The notes under the pieces are model-generated. The model did not search any database and was not told where the DNA came from. It saw only the letters and a program-made list of their open reading frames with translations. A stretch of DNA of 64,000 nt from Myxococcota bacterium (GTDB lineage: Bacteria > Myxococcota_A > Polyangia > Nannocystales > Nannocystaceae): NCBI GenBank assembly GCA_039028615.1, contig JBCCHT010000012.1, positions 160,001-224,000 of the forward strand. The letters are read 5' to 3'. Shown here one piece after another: positions 28,911 to 38,023 of the stretch (its first letter is position 1; each line of letters starts with the position of its first letter). The position numbers and the translations under genes are program-made.

Positions 28911-29341
28911 CGCCTTGCACCGCCCTCCGCCGCCGCGGCGTGCCGCTGTCGAGCCTGCGCGTTGGCGTGCTCGCTCCGCAGTCGCTCGATCGAAGCCCTC
29001 ACCAGCCGATCGAGCCTCGCGCTGGGCAACGGGACCTCGCCGTCGCTCAACAACGCCGCCATCCATGGTCGCTCGAGGTCGCAGTTCCAGCCGTAGACCA
29101 CCAGTAGATTGAGGAACCGCGCGAGATCTCGAAAGGTCACCAAGCCATAGCCCACCGCCCGGAGCGCGCCCTCTTCGACCTCATCGCGGAGTTCGTCCTC
29201 GTCGAGCGCCACCAGCTCCTCGGGGAACGAGCGCCGAAGCTCGGCCACCAAGGTATCGAGGAGTGGCCGCACCCGCGGCCGACGAAGGCCCCGAAGGTGC
29301 TCGGGGCGCATGACGAAGAGCTCAGTGAAGCCAGCGTTCAT
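28907..29341 (-). CDS. Hypothetical helical protein (144 aa)
   Basis: ATG 29341 in ORF 28907..29521; GC3-biased; stop overlaps the LysM gene start. Confidence 0.65.
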   Translation of the reverse strand: MNAGFTELFVMRPEHLRGLRRPRVRPLLDTLVAELRRSFPEELVALDEDELRDEVEEGALRAVGYGLVTFRDLARFLNLLVVYGWNCDLERPWMAALLSDGEVPLPSARLDRLVRASIERLRSEHANAQARQRHAAAAEGGARR

Positions 29342-29411
29342 TGGCGTGCCCCCATGAAGAGACGAAGTGGCCGCGGGCGGACGATGCGATCCAAACAGAC
29401 ACCGTTTTCGG

Positions 29412-29576
29412 CTACAGCAGCCACACCAGCACCACGATCCACACCGTAAAGTTGAACACCAGCACGCCCACGCGATCCCACGCCACCATGGGCATCGCCG
29501 GCGGCCGCCACTCCACACCACTGGTCGCAGGAGCGACCACGAAGATGTCGCTGCTCCCCGGCTCCGTAATGGTCAT
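29412..29576 (-). CDS. Small single-TM protein (54 aa), below ORF-track cutoff
   Basis: Manual translation MTITEPGSSDIFVVAPATSGVEWRPPAMPMVAWDRVGVLVFNFTVWIVVLVWLL*; purine-rich GAAGGG upstream; mostly G/C third positions. Confidence 0.45.
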   Translation of the reverse strand: MTITEPGSSDIFVVAPATSGVEWRPPAMPMVAWDRVGVLVFNFTVWIVVLVWLL

Positions 29577-29848
29577 CACCAACGCATTCCCTTCATCGAA
29601 TCGCAGGCCACATCGATGAAGAGTGTGCTCACGGTCGGTCGGACGACGGTTCGACGCTCCGGCGGCATGCAGGGCGTCGGCGACCGGCTACCGACCCGCG
29701 TTCTTGCTTCGGGCGCTCGCAGCACGGGGCTGCGCCGCGCCGAGCGAGCCCCGTATCGCCTTGAAATCACACACGGAAGGCCACGCGAAGCACCACGCCT
29801 TGACCGGGGCGCCCGTGCGACCGATTAACGCCTTCGGAAAGCACCGCC

Positions 29849-30541
29849 GTGCCCTCGCACCCCTCCTCCGTCACTTTTCGCCTTCGTCGCCTGCTCGGGC
29901 TGGAACTCGACGTCTCCCCGCAGGTCGATGTGCCCCGGGAAGTGCTCGGCACGGAATACGGGGGGCACTGCGTGTCGCTGCCGCCGCTCGACGCCAGCAG
30001 CGTGGTGTACTCGGTCGGCTTGGGCGAGGACATCTCGTTCGACCTCGAGCTCATCGAGCGCGTCGGGGCCCAGGTCCACGGCTTCGATCCCACCCCGCGC
30101 TCGATCGCCTGGGTGAAGGAGCAAAACCTGCCGCCGCAGTTCGAGCTGCACGAGATCGGCTTGGGTGCCGAGGACGGCGAGCTGGCCTTCAACCCGCCGG
30201 AGAACCCCGAGCACATCTCGCATACCCTGCTCGAGCGGCCCAAGACCTCCGGCAGCAGCATCACCGTGCCCATCCGCAAGCTCTCCACCGTGATGGAAGA
30301 GCTCGGGCACACCCGCCTCGACGTGCTCAAGCTCGACATCGAAGGCAGCGAGTACGAGGTCATCGACGACCTGCTCGCTCGCGGCACCGACGTGGGTCAG
30401 CTGCTCATCGAGTTCCACCACCAGTTCAAGTCGATTCCCGTGGCTCGCACCCGGGACGCGATCGCCAAGCTCAACGACGCCGGATACTCGGTCTTCAGCG
30501 TCTCGCCCAGCGGACGTGAAGTCTCGCTCATCCGTCGCTGA
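29849..30541 (+). CDS. FkbM-family methyltransferase
   Basis: VVYSVGLGEDISFD, VHGFDPTP, LDVLKLDIEGSEYEV, QLLIEFHH. Confidence 0.88.
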   Translation: MPSHPSSVTFRLRRLLGLELDVSPQVDVPREVLGTEYGGHCVSLPPLDASSVVYSVGLGEDISFDLELIERVGAQVHGFDPTPRSIAWVKEQNLPPQFELHEIGLGAEDGELAFNPPENPEHISHTLLERPKTSGSSITVPIRKLSTVMEELGHTRLDVLKLDIEGSEYEVIDDLLARGTDVGQLLIEFHHQFKSIPVARTRDAIAKLNDAGYSVFSVSPSGREVSLIRR

Positions 30542-30556
30542 CGAGCCGGTATCCAC

Positions 30557-31660
30557 ATGCGGATCCTGGTCGTTGCCACTCACATCAAGGTGCCCGACTC
30601 GCACGGCGGGTCGACGCACGTCAGCGAGCTGCACCGCAACCTGGGGCGCCACGGACCCACGCTGCTGTTGTGCCGCAACGGCTCGAGCGGCGACAACGTG
30701 GTCGGCGTGTCGTTTTACGGCAAGCACCCGCCGCTCGGCCTCAAGCACGCGCTGTCGGTGGCCTACCTGCCCAAGGCCCTCCGGGCGGCGCGTCGCTTCG
30801 CGCCCGACGTGATCTACGAGCGCGGGTCTTCGAACGGCCTGGGCATGATGCTCAGCCGCATCCTGAAGATCCCCATGCTCACCATGGTGCTCGACGAGCA
30901 CTACAGCCCGCTGTCGCTGGCCCACGCGCGTCGCATCATCGCCACCAACCTCGAGCTCATCCCCGCCGCGCACCGCCACAAGGGGGTGAAGGTCAGCTGG
31001 GGCGCCAACACCGACCACTTCCGGGCGGACCTCGACGGTGCCCCCGCCCGCGCGCAGTTCGGGTTCGAACAGGACCAGACGGTCGTCGGCTACACGGGCT
31101 CCTTCCAGGACTGGCACGGCCTGCGCTACCTGGTGCAGGCCGCCGAGCGGCTCCGCGATCGCCCCGTGCGGTACTTGCTGATCGGGGATGGCCGTCGCCG
31201 CGAAGAGACCGAGGCCGCAGTGGCCGAGCGAGGGCTCCGCGATCGTTTCGTGTTCACCGGGCGCGTGCCCTACGACGACGTGCCGCGGCTGCTGGCCGCC
31301 GCCGACTGCTGCGTCGCCCCCTTCGACCCCGATCGCCACCCGCTGTCCGCCCGCGAGGGCTTTGCGCTCGATCCCCTCAAGGTGTTCGAGTACCTCGCCA
31401 TGGCCAAGCCCACGATCACCATCAAGGCGGGCAACATCGAGGCGCTGTTCCGCGATCCCGACCACCTGACCATGGTGCCGCGCCGCGATCCCGCCGCCCT
31501 GGCCCAGGCCATCGAGCATGTGGCCGACAACCCGGAGGCCGCCCGCGAAGCGGCACGGGCCGGGCATCAGCGCGTGCTCGAAGACCGTACCTGGGCCTCC
31601 CACGCCGCTCACCTCGCGACCCTCTTCGAGCAGATGATCGAAGAGGATCGGCGCGGCTAG
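30557..31660 (+). CDS. Glycosyltransferase family 4
   Basis: HGGSTHV, VGYTGSFQDWHGL, FTGRVPYDDVP, PLKVFEYLAMAKP. Confidence 0.9.
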   Translation: MRILVVATHIKVPDSHGGSTHVSELHRNLGRHGPTLLLCRNGSSGDNVVGVSFYGKHPPLGLKHALSVAYLPKALRAARRFAPDVIYERGSSNGLGMMLSRILKIPMLTMVLDEHYSPLSLAHARRIIATNLELIPAAHRHKGVKVSWGANTDHFRADLDGAPARAQFGFEQDQTVVGYTGSFQDWHGLRYLVQAAERLRDRPVRYLLIGDGRRREETEAAVAERGLRDRFVFTGRVPYDDVPRLLAAADCCVAPFDPDRHPLSAREGFALDPLKVFEYLAMAKPTITIKAGNIEALFRDPDHLTMVPRRDPAALAQAIEHVADNPEAAREAARAGHQRVLEDRTWASHAAHLATLFEQMIEEDRRG

Positions 31661-32521
31661 CTAGCCACAGAAGCCGCCCTCGAGACTGAGGGCCGTCCCC
31701 TGGACCACCACCTCGGGGATGTTGCAGCTACCCCCGTTGCAGTCGCCGTTGTCGGCACACTCGGAGCAAACCTCCAGGACGGGAATGCCCATGATGTCGG
31801 CGGGCACGCACAGGTCCGAGGCGCACTCTTCCGGGCCGTTGCAGCCGCCCAGCAGCGGCTGCGAATCGGGGGCGACGCAGTGCCAGAATCCACCCAGCAC
31901 CCCGAGGTCATACTGCGGTGCGCACTCGAGCCCCGGGGCGCAGTCGGAGTCGGTGATGCACTGGCCGCACGTGCTGTTGTCGAGGATGCCCGGGACCTCG
32001 ATGATGCCGTTGCACAGCAGGCCGTCGCTGCACGCGTCCGACGTGTTGCAGCCGGCCCCGATGCCCCCGTCGGTGCACACGGCGGGGACGCCCTCGAGGG
32101 GATTGGGCACGCTGCAGCCGAGGTCGCAATCGTCGTCGTCCAGGCACTCGGAGCACACCCCGCCCAGGGGGCCGACCACGAAGCACATGCCGGAACAGCA
32201 CTCCTCGTTGTCTGCACAGGCCGCGCCGACCTCGAGCGGTCCCACGCAGGTGGGCCCTTCGTCGGCACCCGCGTCGGGGACGGGGACCGGCGGTGGCGGG
32301 GGAGGAGGCGAGGAAGTCACCGCATCGCCGCTGTCGTCGACGCTCGCCTGGCCCGTGGTCCCGGCGGTGGTGGGCATCGGTTGCGTCGAGGGCCCGGACG
32401 CACTCGAGGTCCCGCCTTCACCCGACGAATCTCCACCTTCATCCGACAGCACGATCGACGGTCCGCAACCGCCGCTCACGACCAAACACAGGCTCATCCA
32501 AGTCAAGCGCACATAAGTCAT
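31661..32521 (-). CDS. Cys-rich lipoprotein
   Basis: Lipobox VSGGC, S/G/T/P linker, repeated C..D..C modules. Confidence 0.78.
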   Translation of the reverse strand: MTYVRLTWMSLCLVVSGGCGPSIVLSDEGGDSSGEGGTSSASGPSTQPMPTTAGTTGQASVDDSGDAVTSSPPPPPPPVPVPDAGADEGPTCVGPLEVGAACADNEECCSGMCFVVGPLGGVCSECLDDDDCDLGCSVPNPLEGVPAVCTDGGIGAGCNTSDACSDGLLCNGIIEVPGILDNSTCGQCITDSDCAPGLECAPQYDLGVLGGFWHCVAPDSQPLLGGCNGPEECASDLCVPADIMGIPVLEVCSECADNGDCNGGSCNIPEVVVQGTALSLEGGFCG

Positions 32522-32661
32522 GCCCACCACGATACCCGAGTTCGTGGCCCGACCGGGGTCCCAATGTGCGTTCGGACCCAAACCAAGGGAATCACACGCC
32601 CCTTCCGCCGCCACCGCTTGTCCCGCCGCGCCGCTCTGATACGGTCTCGGCGCTTCCCCCC

Positions 32662-33597
32662 ATGAAGATCCCACTCAAGGTTGCGCACTACGGGCGCTTC
32701 GACCCACGAACCACCACGGGCGGCGTCGAGACCTTCGCGCGCAACCTGGGCATCGTCTTCGAAGAGGTCGAGTTCCTGACGCCCAAGACCACGGACTTCG
32801 CCGACGTCATGCGACGGAAGCTGCCCGTGATCTGCGACAACCAGCTCGTGGCCGACTGGCCGCAGCCCTACCCGGTCATCGGGTTCCAGCACGGCGTGGC
32901 CGCGGTCAAGGCCACGCTCACCAAGACCCGCACCGACAAGAAGCTCGCCAAGGCTCAGGCCAAGGCCGCCAGCCGCCCCAATACCATATGGGTGGCCTGC
33001 GCCCGCTGGATCAGCCGAACCTTCGAGCACCTCCAGGGCAACGCCGCCGACCACGTCGTCTACCACCAGGTCGACATCGATCGCTTCGACGGCCGGCTCG
33101 ACAACGAGGGCAGCACGCTGGTGCTGCACGATGGCCGCTCCGAGCACAAGGGCAAGGCCTTGTTCGAGCACCTGGTCCGGGCGCTGCCGCAGTGGCGCTT
33201 CGAGTCGCTCAACTGCACCGCGGCCGAGGTCCCCGATCGCATGCGCAAGGCCGCCGCGTTCCTGCACCTCAGCCGCTACGAGGGCAACTCGATCGTCTGC
33301 AACGAGGCCATGGCCATGGACCTGCCCTGCCTGTTCACCCGGGTCGGGCTCATGCAGGACGGCGAAGACCTCGACGTCTCCATCGTCGACGCCGAGGAGG
33401 TCTACGGCCCCCGCGACCGGCTCGAGACCTGCGTCCGCCAGTTCCTCGACGGGCTCACTTCTCGCCAGTACAACCCGCGACGCTGGAGCCTCGCCAACGC
33501 CACCCCGGCCGCGCACGCCGTCGCCTGGCGCAAGGTCATGGTCGACCTCCACAAGCGCGGCGGCTGGGCGCTGCCGCCCGGCCTCGCCGACGGCTGA
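32662..33597 (+). CDS. Glycosyltransferase (GT-B, GT4-like)
   Basis: GGVETF near the N-terminus; SRYEGNSIVCNEAMAMDLP (EX7E motif). Confidence 0.8.
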   Translation: MKIPLKVAHYGRFDPRTTTGGVETFARNLGIVFEEVEFLTPKTTDFADVMRRKLPVICDNQLVADWPQPYPVIGFQHGVAAVKATLTKTRTDKKLAKAQAKAASRPNTIWVACARWISRTFEHLQGNAADHVVYHQVDIDRFDGRLDNEGSTLVLHDGRSEHKGKALFEHLVRALPQWRFESLNCTAAEVPDRMRKAAAFLHLSRYEGNSIVCNEAMAMDLPCLFTRVGLMQDGEDLDVSIVDAEEVYGPRDRLETCVRQFLDGLTSRQYNPRRWSLANATPAAHAVAWRKVMVDLHKRGGWALPPGLADG

Positions 33598-33603
33598 GCC
33601 GCG

Positions 33604-34746
33604 ATGAAACTCCTACTGGTCACGCAGGATTTTCCTCCGCACGTCGGGGGGATCCAGACCTGGTCCCACGAGCTCGCGCGGCGCTTCGCCAGCTCGTGCC
33701 GCGACTTCGCCGTGGTCGCGCCCGACGTCCCGGGCTCCGCCGAGGTCGACCGCGAGCTGCCCTTCACCGTGCATCGCGTGCGGGGCACCTCGAATACCGT
33801 GCCCTTGGCGGCCGTGCCCACGCTCATCGCGGCCGGTCGCAAGCGTCGCTTCGATACCGTGCTGCATGCCCAGTGGCAGACCATGGTGGCCTCCACCACC
33901 GCGGCCGAGTTCGGCGGCCCCCAGCGCATCTTCGCCGCCGCCCACGGTCGGGAGCTGCTCTTTGCTCCGCTGTCCAAGCTCCGCGCGGCGCAGCGCAAGT
34001 ACGATCGCCTGCGCGAGCGCATGCTCCGTCGGGCCAACCGGGTCTTCCCCGTCAGCCACTACACCGCGGGCCTGGTGGAGCAGCTCGGCGTCTCCCCTGA
34101 GCGCATCACCGTCGTGGGCAACGGCACCGATCCGCAGCGCTTCGTGCCCATGGACGTCTCCGCATTGCGGAGCGAGCGAGGCCTCGCCGATCGCCGTGTG
34201 GTGATGACGGTGGGGCGCCTCGACCCTCGTAAGGGCATCGACACCGTCATCATGGCCCTCCCCGCGGTCATCGAGCGCGTGCCCGAGGCGATCTACCTCA
34301 TCGTCGGCCGCGGCCCCGATCGCGCCCGACTCGAGGCATTGGTCCAAGAGCACGGCGTGGCCGACCACGTGCGTTTCGAAGAGCACGTGCCCGAAGACCA
34401 GCTCGTCGCCACCTTCAACCTCTGCGACGTCTTCGTGACCGCCTCGCGGCACGAGCCGCCCAACGTCGAGGGCTTCGGCATCGTGTTCCTCGAGGCCAAC
34501 GCGTGCGGCAAGCCGGTCATCGGAGCCCGCAGCGGAGGCATCCCCGACGCGGTGGTCGAGGGGGAGACCGGGCTGCTGGTCGAGCCGGGCAGTCCCGAGC
34601 AGCTCGCCGAGGCGCTGTGCGATCTGCTCGGCGACCCCGCCCGCTGCGAGGCCCTCGGCGCCGCCGGACGAGCCCGGGTCGAAGGCTCGTTCACCTGGGA
34701 CGTGGCGCACGCTCGCCTGCTCGCCTCCATGCAGCAGTCGGGCTAG
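33604..34746 (+). CDS. Glycosyltransferase family 4 (PimB-like)
   Basis: LLVTQDFPPHVGGIQTW, VGRLDPRKGID, EGFGIVFLEANACGKPVI. Confidence 0.92.
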   Translation: MKLLLVTQDFPPHVGGIQTWSHELARRFASSCRDFAVVAPDVPGSAEVDRELPFTVHRVRGTSNTVPLAAVPTLIAAGRKRRFDTVLHAQWQTMVASTTAAEFGGPQRIFAAAHGRELLFAPLSKLRAAQRKYDRLRERMLRRANRVFPVSHYTAGLVEQLGVSPERITVVGNGTDPQRFVPMDVSALRSERGLADRRVVMTVGRLDPRKGIDTVIMALPAVIERVPEAIYLIVGRGPDRARLEALVQEHGVADHVRFEEHVPEDQLVATFNLCDVFVTASRHEPPNVEGFGIVFLEANACGKPVIGARSGGIPDAVVEGETGLLVEPGSPEQLAEALCDLLGDPARCEALGAAGRARVEGSFTWDVAHARLLASMQQSG

Positions 34747-34755
34747 CGTGGTGTG

Positions 34756-35709
34756 TCAGTCCATCCGCGACGGACCGAGCGGGTACAAGAACTCCTTGAG
34801 CCGCGCGTTGACCTTGGCGGGTCGGTCGATCTGCACCCAGTGGCTCGCGTCGTCGATCACGTCGTAGCGGAAGTCGGGTGCAAAGGCCTCGGACGGCCGC
34901 GAGAACTCCTGCCCGATGTGCCGATCGCGTGCGCCCCAGATCACCTGCACCGGCCTCGGGATGGGCCGCAGTGCACGCTTGAGGGCGAAGGGGCTGCGCC
35001 ACAGCAGCGCCCGGTAGTAGTTGAGCGCGGCGGTGGTGGAGCCCCCGGACAGCGCCTGCACGTAGCGATCGATGTCCGCCTCGGAGAACGCCCCCTCGCG
35101 CTCCGGCTCGTGCCGATACACCCTTCGCAGCAGCGCGCCGCCGTTTTTGGTCATGCGTCGCTCGGGCAGCAGGGGCAGCTGCATGAGCAGCATGTACGAG
35201 CTCTTCTTGACCTGGGTGCGGCTGCGCATCATCTGCATCTGGAACTGCGGATGGGGGCAGTTGAGCACCGAGAGCCGAGAGAGCCGGTCGGGGTGACGCA
35301 TGGCGAACCACCATCCGACCAGGCCGCCCCAGTCGTGACCGACCACCGCGGCCCGGGTCTCCCCGAGGCGCTCGACGAGCTGGGCGATGTCGGCCGTGAG
35401 TCGCTCGATTCGGTAGGCCCGGACGCCGCTGGGTTTGTCGGACAGGTTGTAGCCGCGCATGTCGGGCGCGACTACACGATAGCCTGCACGCACCAACACC
35501 GGGATCTGGAAGCGCCACGAGTACCAGAACTCGGGGAAGCCATGCAGCAGGATGACCAGGGGCCCCTCGCCGGCTTCGACCACGTGCAGGCGGACTTCGT
35601 CGAGCTGCACGTAGCGGTGCGTGACGAAGTCGTCGTTCCAGGGGATGAGCTCTGGAGCGAATCGCAAAGAAGTGGGGCTCGGCGTCTGCGACATCGGCGA
35701 GGTCTTCAT
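34756..35709 (-). CDS. Alpha/beta hydrolase, epoxide hydrolase-like
   Basis: LLHGFPEFWYSWR, GHDWGG, LNYYRA, ASHWVQ. Confidence 0.92.
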   Translation of the reverse strand: MKTSPMSQTPSPTSLRFAPELIPWNDDFVTHRYVQLDEVRLHVVEAGEGPLVILLHGFPEFWYSWRFQIPVLVRAGYRVVAPDMRGYNLSDKPSGVRAYRIERLTADIAQLVERLGETRAAVVGHDWGGLVGWWFAMRHPDRLSRLSVLNCPHPQFQMQMMRSRTQVKKSSYMLLMQLPLLPERRMTKNGGALLRRVYRHEPEREGAFSEADIDRYVQALSGGSTTAALNYYRALLWRSPFALKRALRPIPRPVQVIWGARDRHIGQEFSRPSEAFAPDFRYDVIDDASHWVQIDRPAKVNARLKEFLYPLGPSRMD

Positions 35710-36377
35710 TCTACGGCATGCACCGCGTCATGACCCGGCCATGTTTTCAGAGTCTGCGCCCACTGCTCGGGGGTATTGCAGCCCTGCACGACGCGCGGCT
35801 GCGGCAACGCGTCCACGTCGATCCGAAGGGCGTCCAGGGTCTCGAACAAAGATCGGGCAGAACGCTGCCCCGACTCCAGCAAACGATGGACCGCGGCTTT
35901 GGCCGGGGAAACCCGCAAGGCCGCGCACAGGGGATGAAGCCGGGCACGACCGTCCGATGACCCCGGCTGGGCCGGCACCACCGCGGCGGCATCGGGATTG
36001 CCGACGAGCTGCTCGATCATGAAGTGCAGGTGGGCGGCGTTCATCCACGGCGAGTCGCAGGCCGCCGTACACGCCAACTCGAGACCTCGCGACGCACAGT
36101 GATCGAGACCGACCGAGAAACCGCGCAAGGGCCCATCGAAGGCGCGCTCTGCGGGGTCGTCGACCCGGACGGCCGGCGCGGGGAAGCTCGGCAGCGCACG
36201 CTGGGGCGAGCCGATCACCACCACCTCGAGCCCGGCGTCGAGCCCCGCCTGCACCACGTGCACCACCAGCGGTCGCCCGCGCAGCTCGAGCCACGCCTTG
36301 TCGCGACCCATGCGCTGAGACCGACCCCCAGCAAGCACGACGAGCCCGGTTCGCATCGACATCGTGCTCCGCAGCAT
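35706..36377 (-). CDS. mobA: Molybdenum cofactor guanylyltransferase
   Basis: VLAGGRSQRMGRDKA, GPLRG, ACDSP, HPLCA, CNTPE; near fdhD. Confidence 0.85.
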   Translation of the reverse strand: MLRSTMSMRTGLVVLAGGRSQRMGRDKAWLELRGRPLVVHVVQAGLDAGLEVVVIGSPQRALPSFPAPAVRVDDPAERAFDGPLRGFSVGLDHCASRGLELACTAACDSPWMNAAHLHFMIEQLVGNPDAAAVVPAQPGSSDGRARLHPLCAALRVSPAKAAVHRLLESGQRSARSLFETLDALRIDVDALPQPRVVQGCNTPEQWAQTLKTWPGHDAVHAVE

Positions 36378-36442
36378 TGCTCAACCGCCGCCCCGCGTCG
36401 AGGTGCTCGGGACGAGCCCGGATGCTACCGTCCGGGCTCCCC

Positions 36443-36823
36443 ATGAAGCTCCGAATCCTCGATGACTCTCTGCGTCTGCGCCTCCCCAAGAGCGAGGTCG
36501 AGCAGCTACGCGCCACCGGTCGGGTCGAGGCCGCCGTCCACTTCGGGCCCGGGCCGGAGCAACGCCTCACCTACGCGCTGGTCGTGGTGCCCGAGACTCA
36601 GCGAATCTCGGCCGTGCTCACCGATCGCGAGGTCGCGGTGCACCTACCCGAGTCGGTGGCCCACGCGTGGGCGGACGGGGACGAGATCAGCCTGCGGGCA
36701 GAGCAATCGCTGGGCGACGACCGCTCGCTGTCGCTGCTGATCGAAAAGGACTTCAAGTGCGTCGTCCCCCGCGATGGCGAGCAGAACTACGACGGCTACG
36801 AAAACCCGAACCTCACCTGCTGA
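36443..36823 (+). CDS. Conserved hypothetical protein (MKLRI...SLRLRL family)
   Basis: ATG 36443; MKLRILDDSLRLRL...LLIEKDFKC pattern; good codon bias. Confidence 0.75.
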   Translation: MKLRILDDSLRLRLPKSEVEQLRATGRVEAAVHFGPGPEQRLTYALVVVPETQRISAVLTDREVAVHLPESVAHAWADGDEISLRAEQSLGDDRSLSLLIEKDFKCVVPRDGEQNYDGYENPNLTC

Positions 36824-36832
36824 GCGCTCGCC

Positions 36833-37666
36833 CTACGAGGGCCCGACCACCCGCTGCGCCCCCGCGTAGACGTTGAGGGTCTGGTCCCGCACGAAGGCCA
36901 CCAGCGTCAGGCCGGCGCGCGTGGCCAGGTCGATCGCCAACGAGGACGGCGCGGAGACGGCCGCGATCACGGGCAAGCCCGCCGCGACGGCCTTGAGCGC
37001 GAGCTCATAGGACACGCGCCCCGAGACCATCAGCACGTGATCCCGCAGCGGCAGCCGCCCCTGTCGCAACGCCCAGCCCACGACCTTGTCGACCGCGTTG
37101 TGACGCCCGACGTCTTCGCGCACGACCAGCGGCTCGCCCTCCAGCGAAAACAGGCCCGCCGCGTGCAGGCCTCCCGTGCGACTGAACACCGCCTGCGCCT
37201 CGCGAAGCTTCGCGGGCAGCTCGTATAGCCGCGACACGGACACGCGAAAGTCGTCGTGCATCGGCTCGCACCGCGTCATGACCTGATCGATGGTGACCTT
37301 GCCGCACAGACCACAGCTGCTGCTCGCATAGAGGTTGCGTCGGAGTCGGGCGAGATCGACCTCGACGTCGGGCGACAGCGTCGCTTGGATCACGTTGTTC
37401 TCGGCCGCCGGATCATCGACCACGGTGCAGTGCCGCACGCTCTGGATCGCCCCCGGTTCATCGACCACGCCCTCGGTGGCCAGGAACCCGAGCGCCAGCT
37501 CCTCGTCATGACCAGGCGTACGCATGACTACCGCCACCGACACGCCGCCAATGCGAATTTCCAGGGGTTCTTCGCGGGCGATGTCGTCGACGTGGTCGTG
37601 GTGGGAGTCGTCACACCAACGCACACGTTGTCGTTGGACGTGTGGATCGTCGGGCTCGGCAGCCAT
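36833..37666 (-). CDS. fdhD: Formate dehydrogenase accessory sulfurtransferase FdhD
   Basis: EEPLEI, MRTPGHDEELALGFL, SSCGLCG, TGGLHAA, EDVGRHNAVDK, SAPSSLA. Confidence 0.95.
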   Translation of the reverse strand: MAAEPDDPHVQRQRVRWCDDSHHDHVDDIAREEPLEIRIGGVSVAVVMRTPGHDEELALGFLATEGVVDEPGAIQSVRHCTVVDDPAAENNVIQATLSPDVEVDLARLRRNLYASSSCGLCGKVTIDQVMTRCEPMHDDFRVSVSRLYELPAKLREAQAVFSRTGGLHAAGLFSLEGEPLVVREDVGRHNAVDKVVGWALRQGRLPLRDHVLMVSGRVSYELALKAVAAGLPVIAAVSAPSSLAIDLATRAGLTLVAFVRDQTLNVYAGAQRVVGPS

Positions 37667-38023
37667 GGAAGGTTCGCCAGGAGGACACAAGCGGAGATCG
37701 TTGTAGCAAGGAGCCTCGCCGGTCGTTGTCGCTTTCCGGTAAACCAGCCGCTACGCCCAGGTAGAGGGTCGTTGGCGGCCTTCTGCGAACACGCCTCGTC
37801 GTCGCAATCCCCGGTCGGTCCTGCGGCAAAAACCGACCCGGCGTCGCGCGGCGACGAGCGATCGACGTCACACCGTGTCACCGCTCGGTCCCAAGTCCGA
37901 CGAACTTCGCCCTCCCCAGGGATTCCCTCAGCGTGCGCGTCGTGTCGTGGGGCTCACCAGACGAACGAACGCTCCGAACCGCGTTCGATGCCGCGTTGCG
38001 GATGGGTGTACATTTTCTGGGTG

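Noticed and set aside
37667..38023. Moco riboswitch upstream of fdhD
   Set aside because: No recognisable conserved structure by eye; would need an Infernal scan.
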